Of a stretch of 64,000 bases of DNA, positions 33,798 through 44,591 are shown piece by piece. Numbering within the stretch: the stretch's first letter is position 1; each line of letters opens with the position of its first letter. A program made the position numbers and the translations under genes. The stretch comes from Folioceros fuciformis (Eukaryota), in NCBI GenBank assembly GCA_049999805.1, contig JBNGIO010006231.1:98413-162412 (forward strand), given 5' to 3'. The notes beneath the pieces are model-generated. The model did no database searches, was not told the origin of the DNA, and saw nothing but the letters and a program-made list of their open reading frames with translations.

Positions 33798-36700
33798 ANN
33801 NNNNNNNNNNNNNNNNNNNNNNNNNNNNNNNNNNNNNNNNNNNNNNNNNNNNNNNNNNNNNNNNNNNNNNNNNNNNNNNNNNNNNNNNNNNNNNNNNNNN
33901 NNNNNNNNNNNNNNNNNNNNNNNNNNNNNNNNNNNNNNNNNNNNNNNNNNNNNNNNNNNNNNNNNNNNNNNNNNNNNNNNNNNNNNNNNNNNNNNNNNNN
34001 NNNNNNNNNNNNNNNNNNNNNNNNNNNNNNNNNNNNNNNNNNNNNNNNNNNNNNNNNNNNNNNNNNNNNNNNNNNNNNNNNNNNNNNNNNNNNNNNNNNN
34101 NNNNNNNNNNNNNNNNNNNNNNNNNNNNNNNNNNNNNNNNNNNNNNNNNNNNNNNNNNNNNNNNNNNNNNNNNNNNNNNNNNNNNNNNNNNNNNNNNNAG
34201 ACTGAGCAAGAAGCCGAGCAGTCTGGGCACAGATCCACGACACCCAACACCCCAAGCCTACCACTCCTGGCCGAAACAGGAGCACAAAAAAAACAGAGCA
34301 AGCAACCGGACTGTGCCCAAGATCACACAAAAGAGCACGGAATCCCACACCTCCCCCACGCAGCGAGGCGGCGCTAAGTAAGTGAGCGTGCAGGGGCAGG
34401 GAGAGATCCCTTCATCAGCCCCGAAATTCCCCCGCGCCAGGAGCCGGGGCAGGGCAGGCGCATCTGGGAGGAAGACTCGAGTCCCCGGGACCGGGTTGCG
34501 ACAAATAAGGGAGGGACGGGTGAGAAGTCCAGGGACCCCGGTGGCACAAAACAATGCCGTTTTGGCCATGGCTGCTCCCAGTAACTTCCCCCTTCCAGCG
34601 CCAAGAGTACAGTAGTTGATCGACCAGCACGTGGACGGGTCGTTTCTTTTTACTACATGTATCACTCTGTGTCGGGAAGCGAGGGTGGTCAAAGGGGTCG
34701 GTTGCTGCCCTGCGATAATGTTCAGGTTGCTGCACCAATCCGGTCTGTCCTCGCGACCCGCAACTGCGCTCTTTCCTCGCACTTGCCTATATGCCCTGCC
34801 CTGCCCTGCCCTACCGTCCCCTCCCCTCCCCGTGCCCTAGACGTGCCTACCGTCACCTGCCCGCCGCAGTGACGCACCATCATCCTCTCCTCCTGGCCAC
34901 ACTTGGCTTATGCAACAACAACGTCTTAACAGATTGATCACTGACCAAACCACTTCTCAAAGATGTTCATGGCCGGCGCTGTCGTTCATGAGACCGATAT
35001 TCCAGGAGGCTAGTCTCTCTGTGGCCTCTTTCCTGCAGGATGTCTACCTTTTCGTCCTTCCTGTGGAGGACATAAAGCATGCTTCGAGGAAGGACATCGG
35101 TCAAGATGCTATGCTGCTCTTTTCCTCGCTGGTTCCTGTTCCTTCGCCTGGTACCCGAGAAGGAGTGGATCGATCCCGTTGCTCCCGGTGAAGCTCACGG
35201 CAGGATGACCCTTTTACCCCCGGCTGTGGTCCAGCTTCCGCACTTGGTAGCACTGTCCGGAAATTCACGCGCTGCGCCTGCGACTTCGATTCTCCTGCTG
35301 CCGGCTTGAATGTTCGAACACACCGAGGACTGTTCGTCTTCTTCCATGGCCACGCAAGCTTCCCGATACAGGGAGGCTGGGCTGCGCAGCGGTACGGGGG
35401 CGGGTGGATTCTGTTCCGTGACTTCCAAAGGGCTGAGTCTCGCGTGCGTGACGGCATTCGTGGTGGGCTGCATACTCAGCCTTGTGGGAATGGACGTTCC
35501 CTTCCGTCAATGCCGTTCTGGCGCAGTGGGAGCCTCCTCCTCCGTGTCGCCGGTGGGCCTGTTCTTGGGAATCGATCCTGTCCCATGTGGCCTGCTCTTG
35601 GAAAATCGCGCCGTGTGGACTCTCGTAGACTGCAGCCTGGTTGTGGCTGATCCGGCAGAGCTTGGTGCTGCCCAAGGTGATGTCGTCGCTCAGCGGCGTT
35701 GTCGGAATTACGCGCTTATCTTTCGCCTCCTCGGGTAGAACGGTGATGGCGTGGTTCGAGAGAGGAAGGTTAGGAGACGGAGAATCGCATGTAGCAGGCT
35801 GGACGGAAGTTTTGCTGAACAAGGCTGTCTGGATGATCGTCGTCGTGAAAATCTTCACGTCCCGTTACGCGCTTTCTGCGCTCATGGACTAGTAGCCGAG
35901 TCCGACTTAGTGCTTCAATCGGGGGGTTGACAATCAGTCCACACAAGCATGCATTGTCTGGCTGCTCCGAGATGGTGCCATACTTGGAGGTGCTGCGGTC
36001 TGTTCTTCTATTGCTCTGCGGTCTTGTGCTTCCGCCGGGGCGGGCTTGGCCGTGAACCGTATGAACGACACACATAGCACTGACGTATGCTGCTGCAGCA
36101 GGAGGAATATTGACGGTGATGCCAGTAAAGCAAGTACCTCGGCGGGTTCCATAGGTGTGGTAGGCAGGGTTCCACTCTTGCTCACATTCTTCACGCTTCA
36201 GCGCCAGGCTATTCCGACCCCAAGAGCTGGAGGATGGCATTCGCGCCTCCTGCACGAGGTGCGTTTGTCTGGCAAGCTTGGTGCTATTGGTTTTCTTCAT
36301 TCCCTTCAGAAGGAAAGCTCGCGGACTGGTAGTCCACCATATTGGAGAGGACCAAGAGATTTGAGACGCGCATTCCCCACTTCCTCAGTTGTCCTTGGCT
36401 AGCTTCTGTCGAATCGTCTATAAGTGGAGCAGCAGAAGACATGAATGAGAGCTACCTAGTGTGGGAGGAAGACCTGCTGCCTTGCAGCTGCTATTTGCAG
36501 GTACATCCATATATACTTGTGCAGTCTGTGCCATTGAAGCCAGCAGTTCGGATGTCTTACTGTCTTTTATCACACTTTTCTCACACATGTACTTGAAAAC
36601 ACCGGTCTTGTGTGTGGCCTGTGCCATCTCAGAGATGCCAGGGTGGGTGGGTGCTTATGGAAGTCTTCTTGCACCTTCCAACCAAAATCTTAGGTGGATG

Positions 36701-37200
36701 AAGCCACTCCACTCCGCTCCACTCCCGGAGTGGATGGGTGTGAGGGGATGGAACGGTGATAGTGTTGTGGAGCGGAGGTGTGTTCCTTGTTGGAGACCTT
36801 GGTACAAATTTGACGGTCTCCTTTCATGGTGGCTCTGTAATGTTCCATGTCCTCACAAACGATCCCATCTCACACGCCTCAGAACCCGCACAGCAGCCAC
36901 GACCACTTGCCATCCTTTCCAGAAACACAGCAGCGGAAAGCCACCGTCTCTGATTCTTCAAGATGGAGGTTGGAAGGTGCAGATTGCAAGACATTACGAG
37001 GTAGCAGGAGCCTGCTTGGTGTGCCTAGTTGCAGGAATCCGAGGCAGAGCAAGAGGAAGGTGAGCCCGGTGTCAGGCGGTAAAGCGTGAAATCGACCAGC
37101 CAGGCGGGCCCCGTAGGCGCACGAAGCAGCGGCGGCGGAGGGAAGAGGCGTGGAGCAGCCAGGGCCGTGAGATGGGGCATCGACGGCGGAGAGAGTAGTG

Positions 37201-37276
37201 AGATATTTATCGCCGTGGGGAAAGGGGGTCGGCACGTCGCTTCGGACACATCGGATGGCAACGACCCGGCCACGTG
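37201..37276 (+). promoter_or_regulatory. Evening-element-like motif (AGATATTT, 37201-37208) and G-box (CACGTG, 37271-37276) upstream of ELF4-like
   Basis: AGATATTT is the reverse complement of the EE core AAATATCT; about 1.1 kb upstream of the ATG across an N-gap; short motifs that could be chance. Confidence 0.35.
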
Positions 37277-37868
37277 CCCGTAGCGCGATCGGCTACGGGA
37301 ATGGGGAGAGATCCGGGGTAGATCTGTATCCGGGCGCTAATTGGGTGCGAGGGCTGGGCCACTTGACCCACTTTGTGCGTACAGGGCAGATGCCACCTAC
37401 CGAACCGGTGGCGTCAGAGTTGGCGGGTTCGAACCTTGGGCTGTGATTAGCCAATGGCGTGGCGGAGCAGGCAGGATATTTGTGACGGGATTCCAGGCCT
37501 GGGAGCAATGGGAAGCGAGATTTGGATTATGCTTGGCACGCTGGCTCCGGGATTTGGAAAGAGAGCGCCGTGCTGTGGCGGTGCGCGGGCAGCCATGCCG
37601 GTCTCCTGCCTTACTGGCAGGCGAACCCTGCAATGACGGGCATGGTGTGCCACCCCGCAACACTTGCTACCTCCTTCCTCGCCGTTCCCTGCACCCCTCG
37701 CAAGGCCCTGGAGGAGGCACATGCTGGTCGGCTGGTTAGCGCAGGGTTTGTTGCTGCTGCTGCCGTGTTGCCACGCTTGACCTCTCTGTCGTTGGCTTCG
37801 GCTTTCATGCGGACGCCGGGGACTGAGGGAGCTCGGGAGGAAGACGGGAAGACGGGAGGAAGGGAACC

Positions 37869-37907
37869 AAGGAAGGAAGGAAGGAAGGAAGGAAGGAAGG
37901 AAGGAAG
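37869..37907. repeat. (AAGG)n microsatellite in purine-rich leader
   Basis: Direct reading. Confidence 0.95.
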
Positions 37908-38346
37908 TAAGAAAGGAGGAGGAGGAGGAAAAGGAAGGGAGGAAATAGTGGAGGGGGGAAGATGCGTGTGGAGGCTGTTCTGCGGTGTGGCGTGGAGAGG
38001 AGGTTGACGCCGAGGAGCGTGCGTGAGAGGGATTGGAAGACCCTTGGAGAGGAGGAGCGTGAACGAAGAGGTTTTGGTTTCATGCACCGCATGACGGGAG
38101 CGGGGGCATCGAGGGAGCAGCTGCCTAGGCTCTCGGTTTGGTTTTTGTGATGTNNNNNNNNNNNNNNNNNNNNNNNNNNNNNNNNNNNNNNNNNNNNNNN
38201 NNNNNNNNNNNNNNNNNNNNNNNNNNNNNNNNNNNNNNNNNNNNNNNNNNNNNGGATGTAGCTTTGTGAACGTCCACAGCTAGCACTCGCCTTGTGTCGC
38301 GTGGCGTGACGCGGTACGGGGAGGTCGTGTGGTGTAGCTTCCTGAT

Positions 38347-38799
38347 ATGTCGAAGCCGCAAGTTGAGAGCGTGACGGATGTGATGGGACAGAACCTGGAG
38401 TCTGGGAAGTTGGTCGGGGAAGACTGCAGCGACCTTGACTTTGATAGGAAGAAGTGGGACAAGTTTGAACTGTGTTTTGCGAGAGTGCAAGCTCTCTTGG
38501 ACCACAACCGGGTTCTCATTGGAAAGATCAACCAGAATCATCAGTCTGGCATCTCGGAGCGCATCACCAGCAACGTGGATCTCATCAACCAGCTCAACAA
38601 GAACCTGACGAAGGTTCAAAAGATGTATGCTGCGGCCACTGTCACCTTCGACAAATGCTTTGTCGCGCCTCCGATCCCTGCGGCTCAGAAATCTATGGCG
38701 TCCAAGGCGGCTACTGAGTCTACCAGTGTGAGTGATATTGTGCCACCGGAAACGTCCCAAACAATGGTTCCCAGCACGTGCACATCCTTGGAAGGATGA
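38347..38799 (+). CDS. ELF4-like: EARLY FLOWERING 4-like (DUF1313) clock protein, 150 aa
   Basis: WDKFELCFARVQALLDHNRVLIGKINQNHQSGISERITSNVDLINQLNKNLTKVQKMY matches the ELF4 core FxxVQxxLDxNRxLIxxxNxNHxS...NVxLIxxLNxNIxxVxxxY. Confidence 0.88.
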   Translation: MSKPQVESVTDVMGQNLESGKLVGEDCSDLDFDRKKWDKFELCFARVQALLDHNRVLIGKINQNHQSGISERITSNVDLINQLNKNLTKVQKMYAAATVTFDKCFVAPPIPAAQKSMASKAATESTSVSDIVPPETSQTMVPSTCTSLEG

Positions 38800-41289
38800 C
38801 CCCGGTTTCCCATGGCACGGCAATTTGCTCCCTGCTTGCTGTCCCTGTTCTGCCTCGTGAGCCGAAGCCATGAGTTACCCATGGTGGGAGCGCTGTGGAT
38901 GCTTCGCATATACTGATGATTGATACAGACAGTGCCTGAGAAACCGTGGTTGATGAGGGCGAGGTAGGCAGGGAAAAAGGATGTGCCACGGACTCCTCGC
39001 AACGCTGACGCGCTGGAGGAGGTTCTGCCGTTGACCAGGTTTCCCGGGAAGCAGTTGTTACGGATCAGCGTCCAAGCTTGAGACGGAGAACTGACCACGA
39101 GGGAACTTTTGGAGGGGATCGGCTTCTTCCCGGGCCAGGCGGTCGATTCCAGATGTACAGATCGAGTAGCGTCTGCGCGTGCGTTAACCTCTCAGCTGAA
39201 AGCAGGACAACTCCATGGAAAGCGTGGACAACGCACCTTAGAACTGTTTTGGACAGAGGACAGGTGTGAGTGTGGAGAGACGTGCATATGACGGACAGGT
39301 CGAGGGAGTCCGCGCTGTGCTGCAGGCACGTTACAGTGTGTGCCGCGGGTTTCAAGACAAGGAGGCTGACTCGAGAGAAAGTGATTGACGGGGTGAGGAA
39401 GGTGGCGGTAAGATTGCGATAATCATCAGCACCGTGACGTGTGGGGGATTAAGCATAGGTGCGAGCGGTGTGAGCTTTATGATAGGTGCAATGTTTGAAT
39501 CAGAGGTTCATGGTGACATTATGTATGGCTCCGATATGTCTGTCCCACGGACGGAAAGTGTGGCTGCAGATGTGGAGTTCCTTGTAAGAAAGGATCACGC
39601 TCTGACGGGTAATGTCGTCCCCGAAGTCTTCGTGAGGGGCCCGGGACAGCCATTCTGCGTTCCACTGGCGAGCTGCAGCTGGAGGCTGCTGTAGCCCAAA
39701 GAACAGTGAATAATGAAGGAGGTCGTGTTGGGATTGAGGGCGTAAGGGACACTGCTAATGCAGTGATGATGGAAACCCTCACGAAAACGTGAGTGGCTGC
39801 TCAATCATACCTGAAGACAATCACTCAGGTGAGACGAACAGCGTTTTGTTTGTTTTGGTTACTTTTTTGCCAGAGCCGAGCTCTCCGTTTGTGCTCTTTG
39901 TTTCCTTGTATCAAAAGTTTTATGTGACAGCAGCAAGCCGAGTGGAGAATATGAGAATGTGGGACACGAGGGAGCAATAGTTTGATCCCTTTCGACAGCG
40001 CGCTATCTCTGTCTGTCGATGAACGGGCAGGTTGTTGCGGCAGGCACCACCAACGGAGCACTGTACCGCTGGCTGCAGTCATCATAGACACACACTATTT
40101 CCTGCAAACACATGACCATGCGCCTGCAGGCATTTAAGGTGTGAAATTCCATGGTCTTTGATGTGCAAGGTGCTAAGTTTGCGTCCTTATCCTATCCCCA
40201 TATCCTCTCTTCTTTCCTCCTCGTGATTCTCTCACTGTTGTCCTCCTCGGGTGGACTCAGTCCGAAAACTGCTGGGCAAGAAGCAGTCTCTGCTGCGACA
40301 GAGCGGCCGTGTCAACAGCTGAGCAGGTCTTCTCCTTCGGGAAAAGACGCTCAATTCCTGTGACCCGAATCCTCAGCACCTACTCACGAATACGCACTGC
40401 TGGTGTGCACCTTCTGTTGCAATCAAAACGCCGTGCGGGTAGACTTTTGTTGTGCACCACTCATGGGGCTCGACTGAAGATGCCCGTGGTGTCCTTGGGG
40501 TGAACTGCCTATTTATGTAGCTACGCACCCAAGTGATGAGCGCAATCTTAGAACTCGCAATTTGCGATTGCGTCTGATTTACGCTTGCGCTGGCGCACCC
40601 TACGGGCCTCCTTTCGTGCAGAGGATCGTGGGTGTGTAACGCCCACGACTGCAGGTGGACGTCTAACGAACACGTCAAGCCTCCCGTCGCCGTCGCAAAC
40701 AGTCGCATAGACCAGACGCAGTTTGAAAGGCCTCGAAGCCTGAAGTCGCGGCCACCGTCCTTCACGCGGTCTGTCTTGATTTCACACCGCTCGGAAGTTC
40801 GCTCGAAGACTCAACCCGAGTTTTATGAAGTTCTGGAGGAACTTGTCGGTACTTCCAGCCCCTCCAGGACAGTCCAATCCAAATGAACGCTGGAAGTACG
40901 TATCGTTTCCTCAAAACTGAAAATCCAAAAGATATTCAAAATTTCAGCGGAAATGAACAAGCCCATCGCTTCAATGAACAACCCCTGTGCTTCTGCCTTT
41001 TACCTCATGGGAAATGCTCCTATCGGGACGTTTCGTATGAGTTCGGGCCGAACATGTTAGCTTGGGTAACGGAGAAACATGGTTGGAGGTCTCCTGGACA
41101 GCTTGGGACGCTGGTGAGAAATGTTTGTTTCTTGTCTTGGTGTGCCTGTTTCCCGAGCGTGTTTTTCTCTGGCAGCGTACCTGGACATGGACACTGTAAT
41201 TGGCTCAGCTAGGCCAACCGGCGCTCAGAAGCTGGGTTCTGTTGGGTTCAATTACGTCGTCACAGGTGCTGGCTGTGCCTGTGGAAATC

Positions 41290-44200
41290 ATGGGTATTGT
41301 GCTTCAGTTGAAGAGTGGGCGACAGCTGTGGCGGCCCAGGAAGGTTGGTGGGATGGCTGACCTCAAGTTCAGCGATGCAGGATGTCAGTGGTACGTGACG
41401 GCTGAAACAGTGAGCCATCTATGTCAGCAGGGGCAGCTCAATCAAGCTGCGGAGGCTCTGGGAGTTCTGGTGCAGATGGACAGTTGTATTGCTCAATCTC
41501 TTTTTCGTGCTGTCATAAAAAGGTGTGAAACTCAGAGGGATCCGGTCGTGGGTCGACGTGTCCATGCTTTGGTGGTGATGAAGGGGTATGAGTCGGATAC
41601 TTTCTTGTGCAACCACATCATGCGGATGTACGCTGCTCATGCCTTGTTGGCTGAAACGATGGGCGTGTTTACCGTGGCTGCCAAACCAGATGCCTTCATG
41701 TGGTCTTCCGTGATTTCTGCACATGTCCGCCACGGAAAAGCTGAGCAGGCCATACAGCTGTACAAGGGGATGCGAAGGTCAGGTGTGAAGTCAGATGGCC
41801 ATGTGTTTGTGGCAGCCCTTCAGGCTTGTGCAAGGGCAGTAGACTTACACGCTGGGCAGCAGGTGCATGCCGATGTGTTGGCCTCTGGAAGTGACCATAG
41901 CTTGTTTGTTTACAATGCCCTGGTGGACATGTATGCAAAGTGTGACAGCTTGGAGGATGCTCAGAAAGTGTTTGACGGACTAGATCAAAAGGATGTAGTG
42001 ACTTGGAATGCCATAATAGCAGGATATACCAAGCAGGGCATGGGCTGGGAAGCGCTTCGTCTTTACAGTGCCCTGCAAGAAGAGGTAACTATTTCACCTA
42101 CTTGTGTGACCTTCTTGTGCCTCCTCCAGGCTTGTGCAAGTGTGGGTTCTCCAGGTTTGGCAATTGGCAAGCACCTTCACTCAAGAATTAGTGAAGCAGA
42201 GTACGAAGCTGATGTGGTTGTGGCCAATAGCTTGGTGAACATGTATGCAAAGTGTGGCAGCTTGGAAGACGCCCAGAGAGTGTTTGATGGACTTTGTAAC
42301 AAGAACGTGGTGACCTGGACAGCTTTGCTAGGAGGATATTTGCAGCAGGGCATGGCTCAGGAAGCGCTCTGTCTTTACAGTGCCATGGAAAAGGAAGGAA
42401 GTACTGTACCCGATGCCGTGACATTTGCAGCCCTCCTGCAGGCATGTGCAAGTTTGGGCGGTCCAGCTTTGGAAAAGGGGAGACATCTTCATGCACAGAT
42501 TGGAGAACAAGGGTTGGAGACTGAAGTGTTATTAGGCTGCAGCCTCGTGAACATGTATGCCAAGTGTGGGAGCTTGCACGATGCCCAGATGGTGTTTGAC
42601 AGGCTTGGTCAAAAGAATGTCGCCTCATGGACCGCATTGATAGCAGGATATTCCCAGCGGGGCCTGGGTCATGATGCTCTGCGCCTTTACAGCATGATGC
42701 AAGAAGGTGGTGTGGCAGCACCCGATTCTGTAACATTTGTGTGCCTCTTGCAGGCATGTGCAAGTGTTGGCACCTCGGCTTTGGACAAGGGTAGGCAGCT
42801 TCATGCACAAATTACAGAACAAGGACATCAAGCTGATGACTTCATATCCAACTGTTTGGTGAACATGTATGCAAAGTGTGGCAGCCTTGGGGACGCCCAG
42901 AGAGTGTTCGATGGACTCACTCAAAAAGATGTCGTAACATGGACAGCGCTTTTAGCAGGATACTCAAAGCAAGGCATGGGTCAGGAAGCTCTTCTTCTCT
43001 ACGGTGCTATGCAGGAAGAAGGCATTACTGTACCTGATTGTGTAACATTCGTCTCTCTGCTGCAGGCATGTGCAAGTGTGGGCCAAGGGGCTTTGGCAAA
43101 AGGGAAACAGCTTCATGCAGAGATTAGGGAACGAGGACTCCAGGCTGATGTGATCCTAGGATCAAGCTTGGTTAACTTGTACTCGAAGTGTGGCAGCGTG
43201 GAAGATGCTCAGGCTGTGTTTGACGGCCTCGGTCAAAGAAACAGTGTGACGTGGACGGCTCTTATAGCCGGATATTCCCAAAACGGCATGGGACAGGAAG
43301 CGCTCCATCGATATAACGCAATGCAGGAAGAAGGCATGGCAGTACCTAATGCGCTGACCTTTGTGTACCTCCTACAAGCATGTGCATGTGTTGGCGCCCC
43401 AGCTTTGGATAAAGGGAAGGAGCTTCATGCACAAATTAGAGAACGAGGGTTTCAAACTGATTTGTTTGTGGCCAGCAGTCTGGTGAACATGTACGCAAAA
43501 TGTGGCAGCCTGGAGGATTCTCAGGGTGTGTTTGATGGGCTCAGTGAGAAAAATGTGGTGACATGGACAGCACTTATCGCTGGATATTTCCAACAGGGGA
43601 TGGGGCAGGAAGCTCTGTGCCTTTACAGTGCTATGGCAGATGATCGCGTTGTTGTACCTGATTCGTTCACATATACATGCCTCCTGCAGGCATGTGGAAA
43701 CGGAGCAGCTTTGCATACGGGAAAACAGCTTCATGCACAGATAAAAGAACAAGGGCTCCAAGCTGATGTCCTTGTTGCCCGCAGTTTGATAAACATGTAT
43801 GGGAAGGCAGGGAGTATGTTTGATGCTCAACAGGTGTTTGAGGCATTGCCTGAAAAAGATGTTGTCACCTGGAACGCACTCATTGCAGGCTACACCCGTC
43901 AAGGAGACAGTGAAGTGGTCTTTGACCTGTTCTGCAGAATGAGAGCGGATGACGTACAGCCTTCCAGCATCACATTTCTTAGTGTACTCACGGTATGCAG
44001 TCATGCAGGGCTAGTGGACAGAGGGCGCGACTACTTTGAGGCCATGAGGCAGGATTTTGGCATCAGTCCTACAGTGGAACACTACACTTGCATGGTGGAT
44101 CTCCTGGGCCGTGCAGGCCAACTCAACGAGTCGCTGGCATTGATACGGGCAATGCCTGTTCAGGCCAATGCTGCAGTTTGGCACACTCTGTTGAATGCTT

Positions 44201-44568
44201 GTCGAAAGTGGGGCAATGTGGAGGTGGGATGCCGTGCTTTTGATGAAGCCGTCAAACTCGATGAGAAAGACGCTGCCGCGTACGTGTTGATGTCAAGCAT
44301 ATACACCGGTGCCCAGATGTGGGATCATGCGCAGCAGATGCAGGTGAGGAGAATAGGTTCCGGGGCCTGGAAGCAGCCAGGTCAGAGCTGGTGGACAGAC
44401 TTGGATGGACTGGCGCATGGGTTTTTGGTTGGAGATACGAAGCATCCAGAGATGGGAGGTTTAGCTAAATGCAAGGCTCAACGAGATGGTTTTCACGGTG
44501 AAGAAGACGAGGAATCGCTACATCTTGAGGGTACGCAAATTTGTCATCAACCAGACGAGCGAGGCTAA
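41290..44568 (+). CDS. PLS-class PPR protein (P-LL-S triplets, P2-L2-S2, E1, E2, WW-type PG-box, no deaminase active site); organellar RNA-editing factor; start uncertain (ATG 41290 or 41353, or an upstream exon)
   Basis: Intronless 3.3-kb ORF; 312-bp periodicity (VNMYAKCGSLEDA, VVTWTALIAGY, TFVCLLQACAS); C-terminal TFLSVLTVCSHAGLV, EHYTCMVDLLGRAG, AAAYVLMSSIY, KQPGQSWWTD...FLVGDTKHP; lacks HxE...CxxC and the DYW end. Confidence 0.95.
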   Translation: MGIVLQLKSGRQLWRPRKVGGMADLKFSDAGCQWYVTAETVSHLCQQGQLNQAAEALGVLVQMDSCIAQSLFRAVIKRCETQRDPVVGRRVHALVVMKGYESDTFLCNHIMRMYAAHALLAETMGVFTVAAKPDAFMWSSVISAHVRHGKAEQAIQLYKGMRRSGVKSDGHVFVAALQACARAVDLHAGQQVHADVLASGSDHSLFVYNALVDMYAKCDSLEDAQKVFDGLDQKDVVTWNAIIAGYTKQGMGWEALRLYSALQEEVTISPTCVTFLCLLQACASVGSPGLAIGKHLHSRISEAEYEADVVVANSLVNMYAKCGSLEDAQRVFDGLCNKNVVTWTALLGGYLQQGMAQEALCLYSAMEKEGSTVPDAVTFAALLQACASLGGPALEKGRHLHAQIGEQGLETEVLLGCSLVNMYAKCGSLHDAQMVFDRLGQKNVASWTALIAGYSQRGLGHDALRLYSMMQEGGVAAPDSVTFVCLLQACASVGTSALDKGRQLHAQITEQGHQADDFISNCLVNMYAKCGSLGDAQRVFDGLTQKDVVTWTALLAGYSKQGMGQEALLLYGAMQEEGITVPDCVTFVSLLQACASVGQGALAKGKQLHAEIRERGLQADVILGSSLVNLYSKCGSVEDAQAVFDGLGQRNSVTWTALIAGYSQNGMGQEALHRYNAMQEEGMAVPNALTFVYLLQACACVGAPALDKGKELHAQIRERGFQTDLFVASSLVNMYAKCGSLEDSQGVFDGLSEKNVVTWTALIAGYFQQGMGQEALCLYSAMADDRVVVPDSFTYTCLLQACGNGAALHTGKQLHAQIKEQGLQADVLVARSLINMYGKAGSMFDAQQVFEALPEKDVVTWNALIAGYTRQGDSEVVFDLFCRMRADDVQPSSITFLSVLTVCSHAGLVDRGRDYFEAMRQDFGISPTVEHYTCMVDLLGRAGQLNESLALIRAMPVQANAAVWHTLLNACRKWGNVEVGCRAFDEAVKLDEKDAAAYVLMSSIYTGAQMWDHAQQMQVRRIGSGAWKQPGQSWWTDLDGLAHGFLVGDTKHPEMGGLAKCKAQRDGFHGEEDEESLHLEGTQICHQPDERG

Positions 44569-44591
44569 GGAATGAAGGCAACCATGGCGTG

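Noticed and set aside
32216-34348. 710-aa ORF as one protein
   Set aside because: It reads through a 400-N gap; frame and start beyond the gap are unsupported
42188-44004. Long antisense ORFs over the PPR
   Set aside because: Shadow frames produced by repetitive coding sequence
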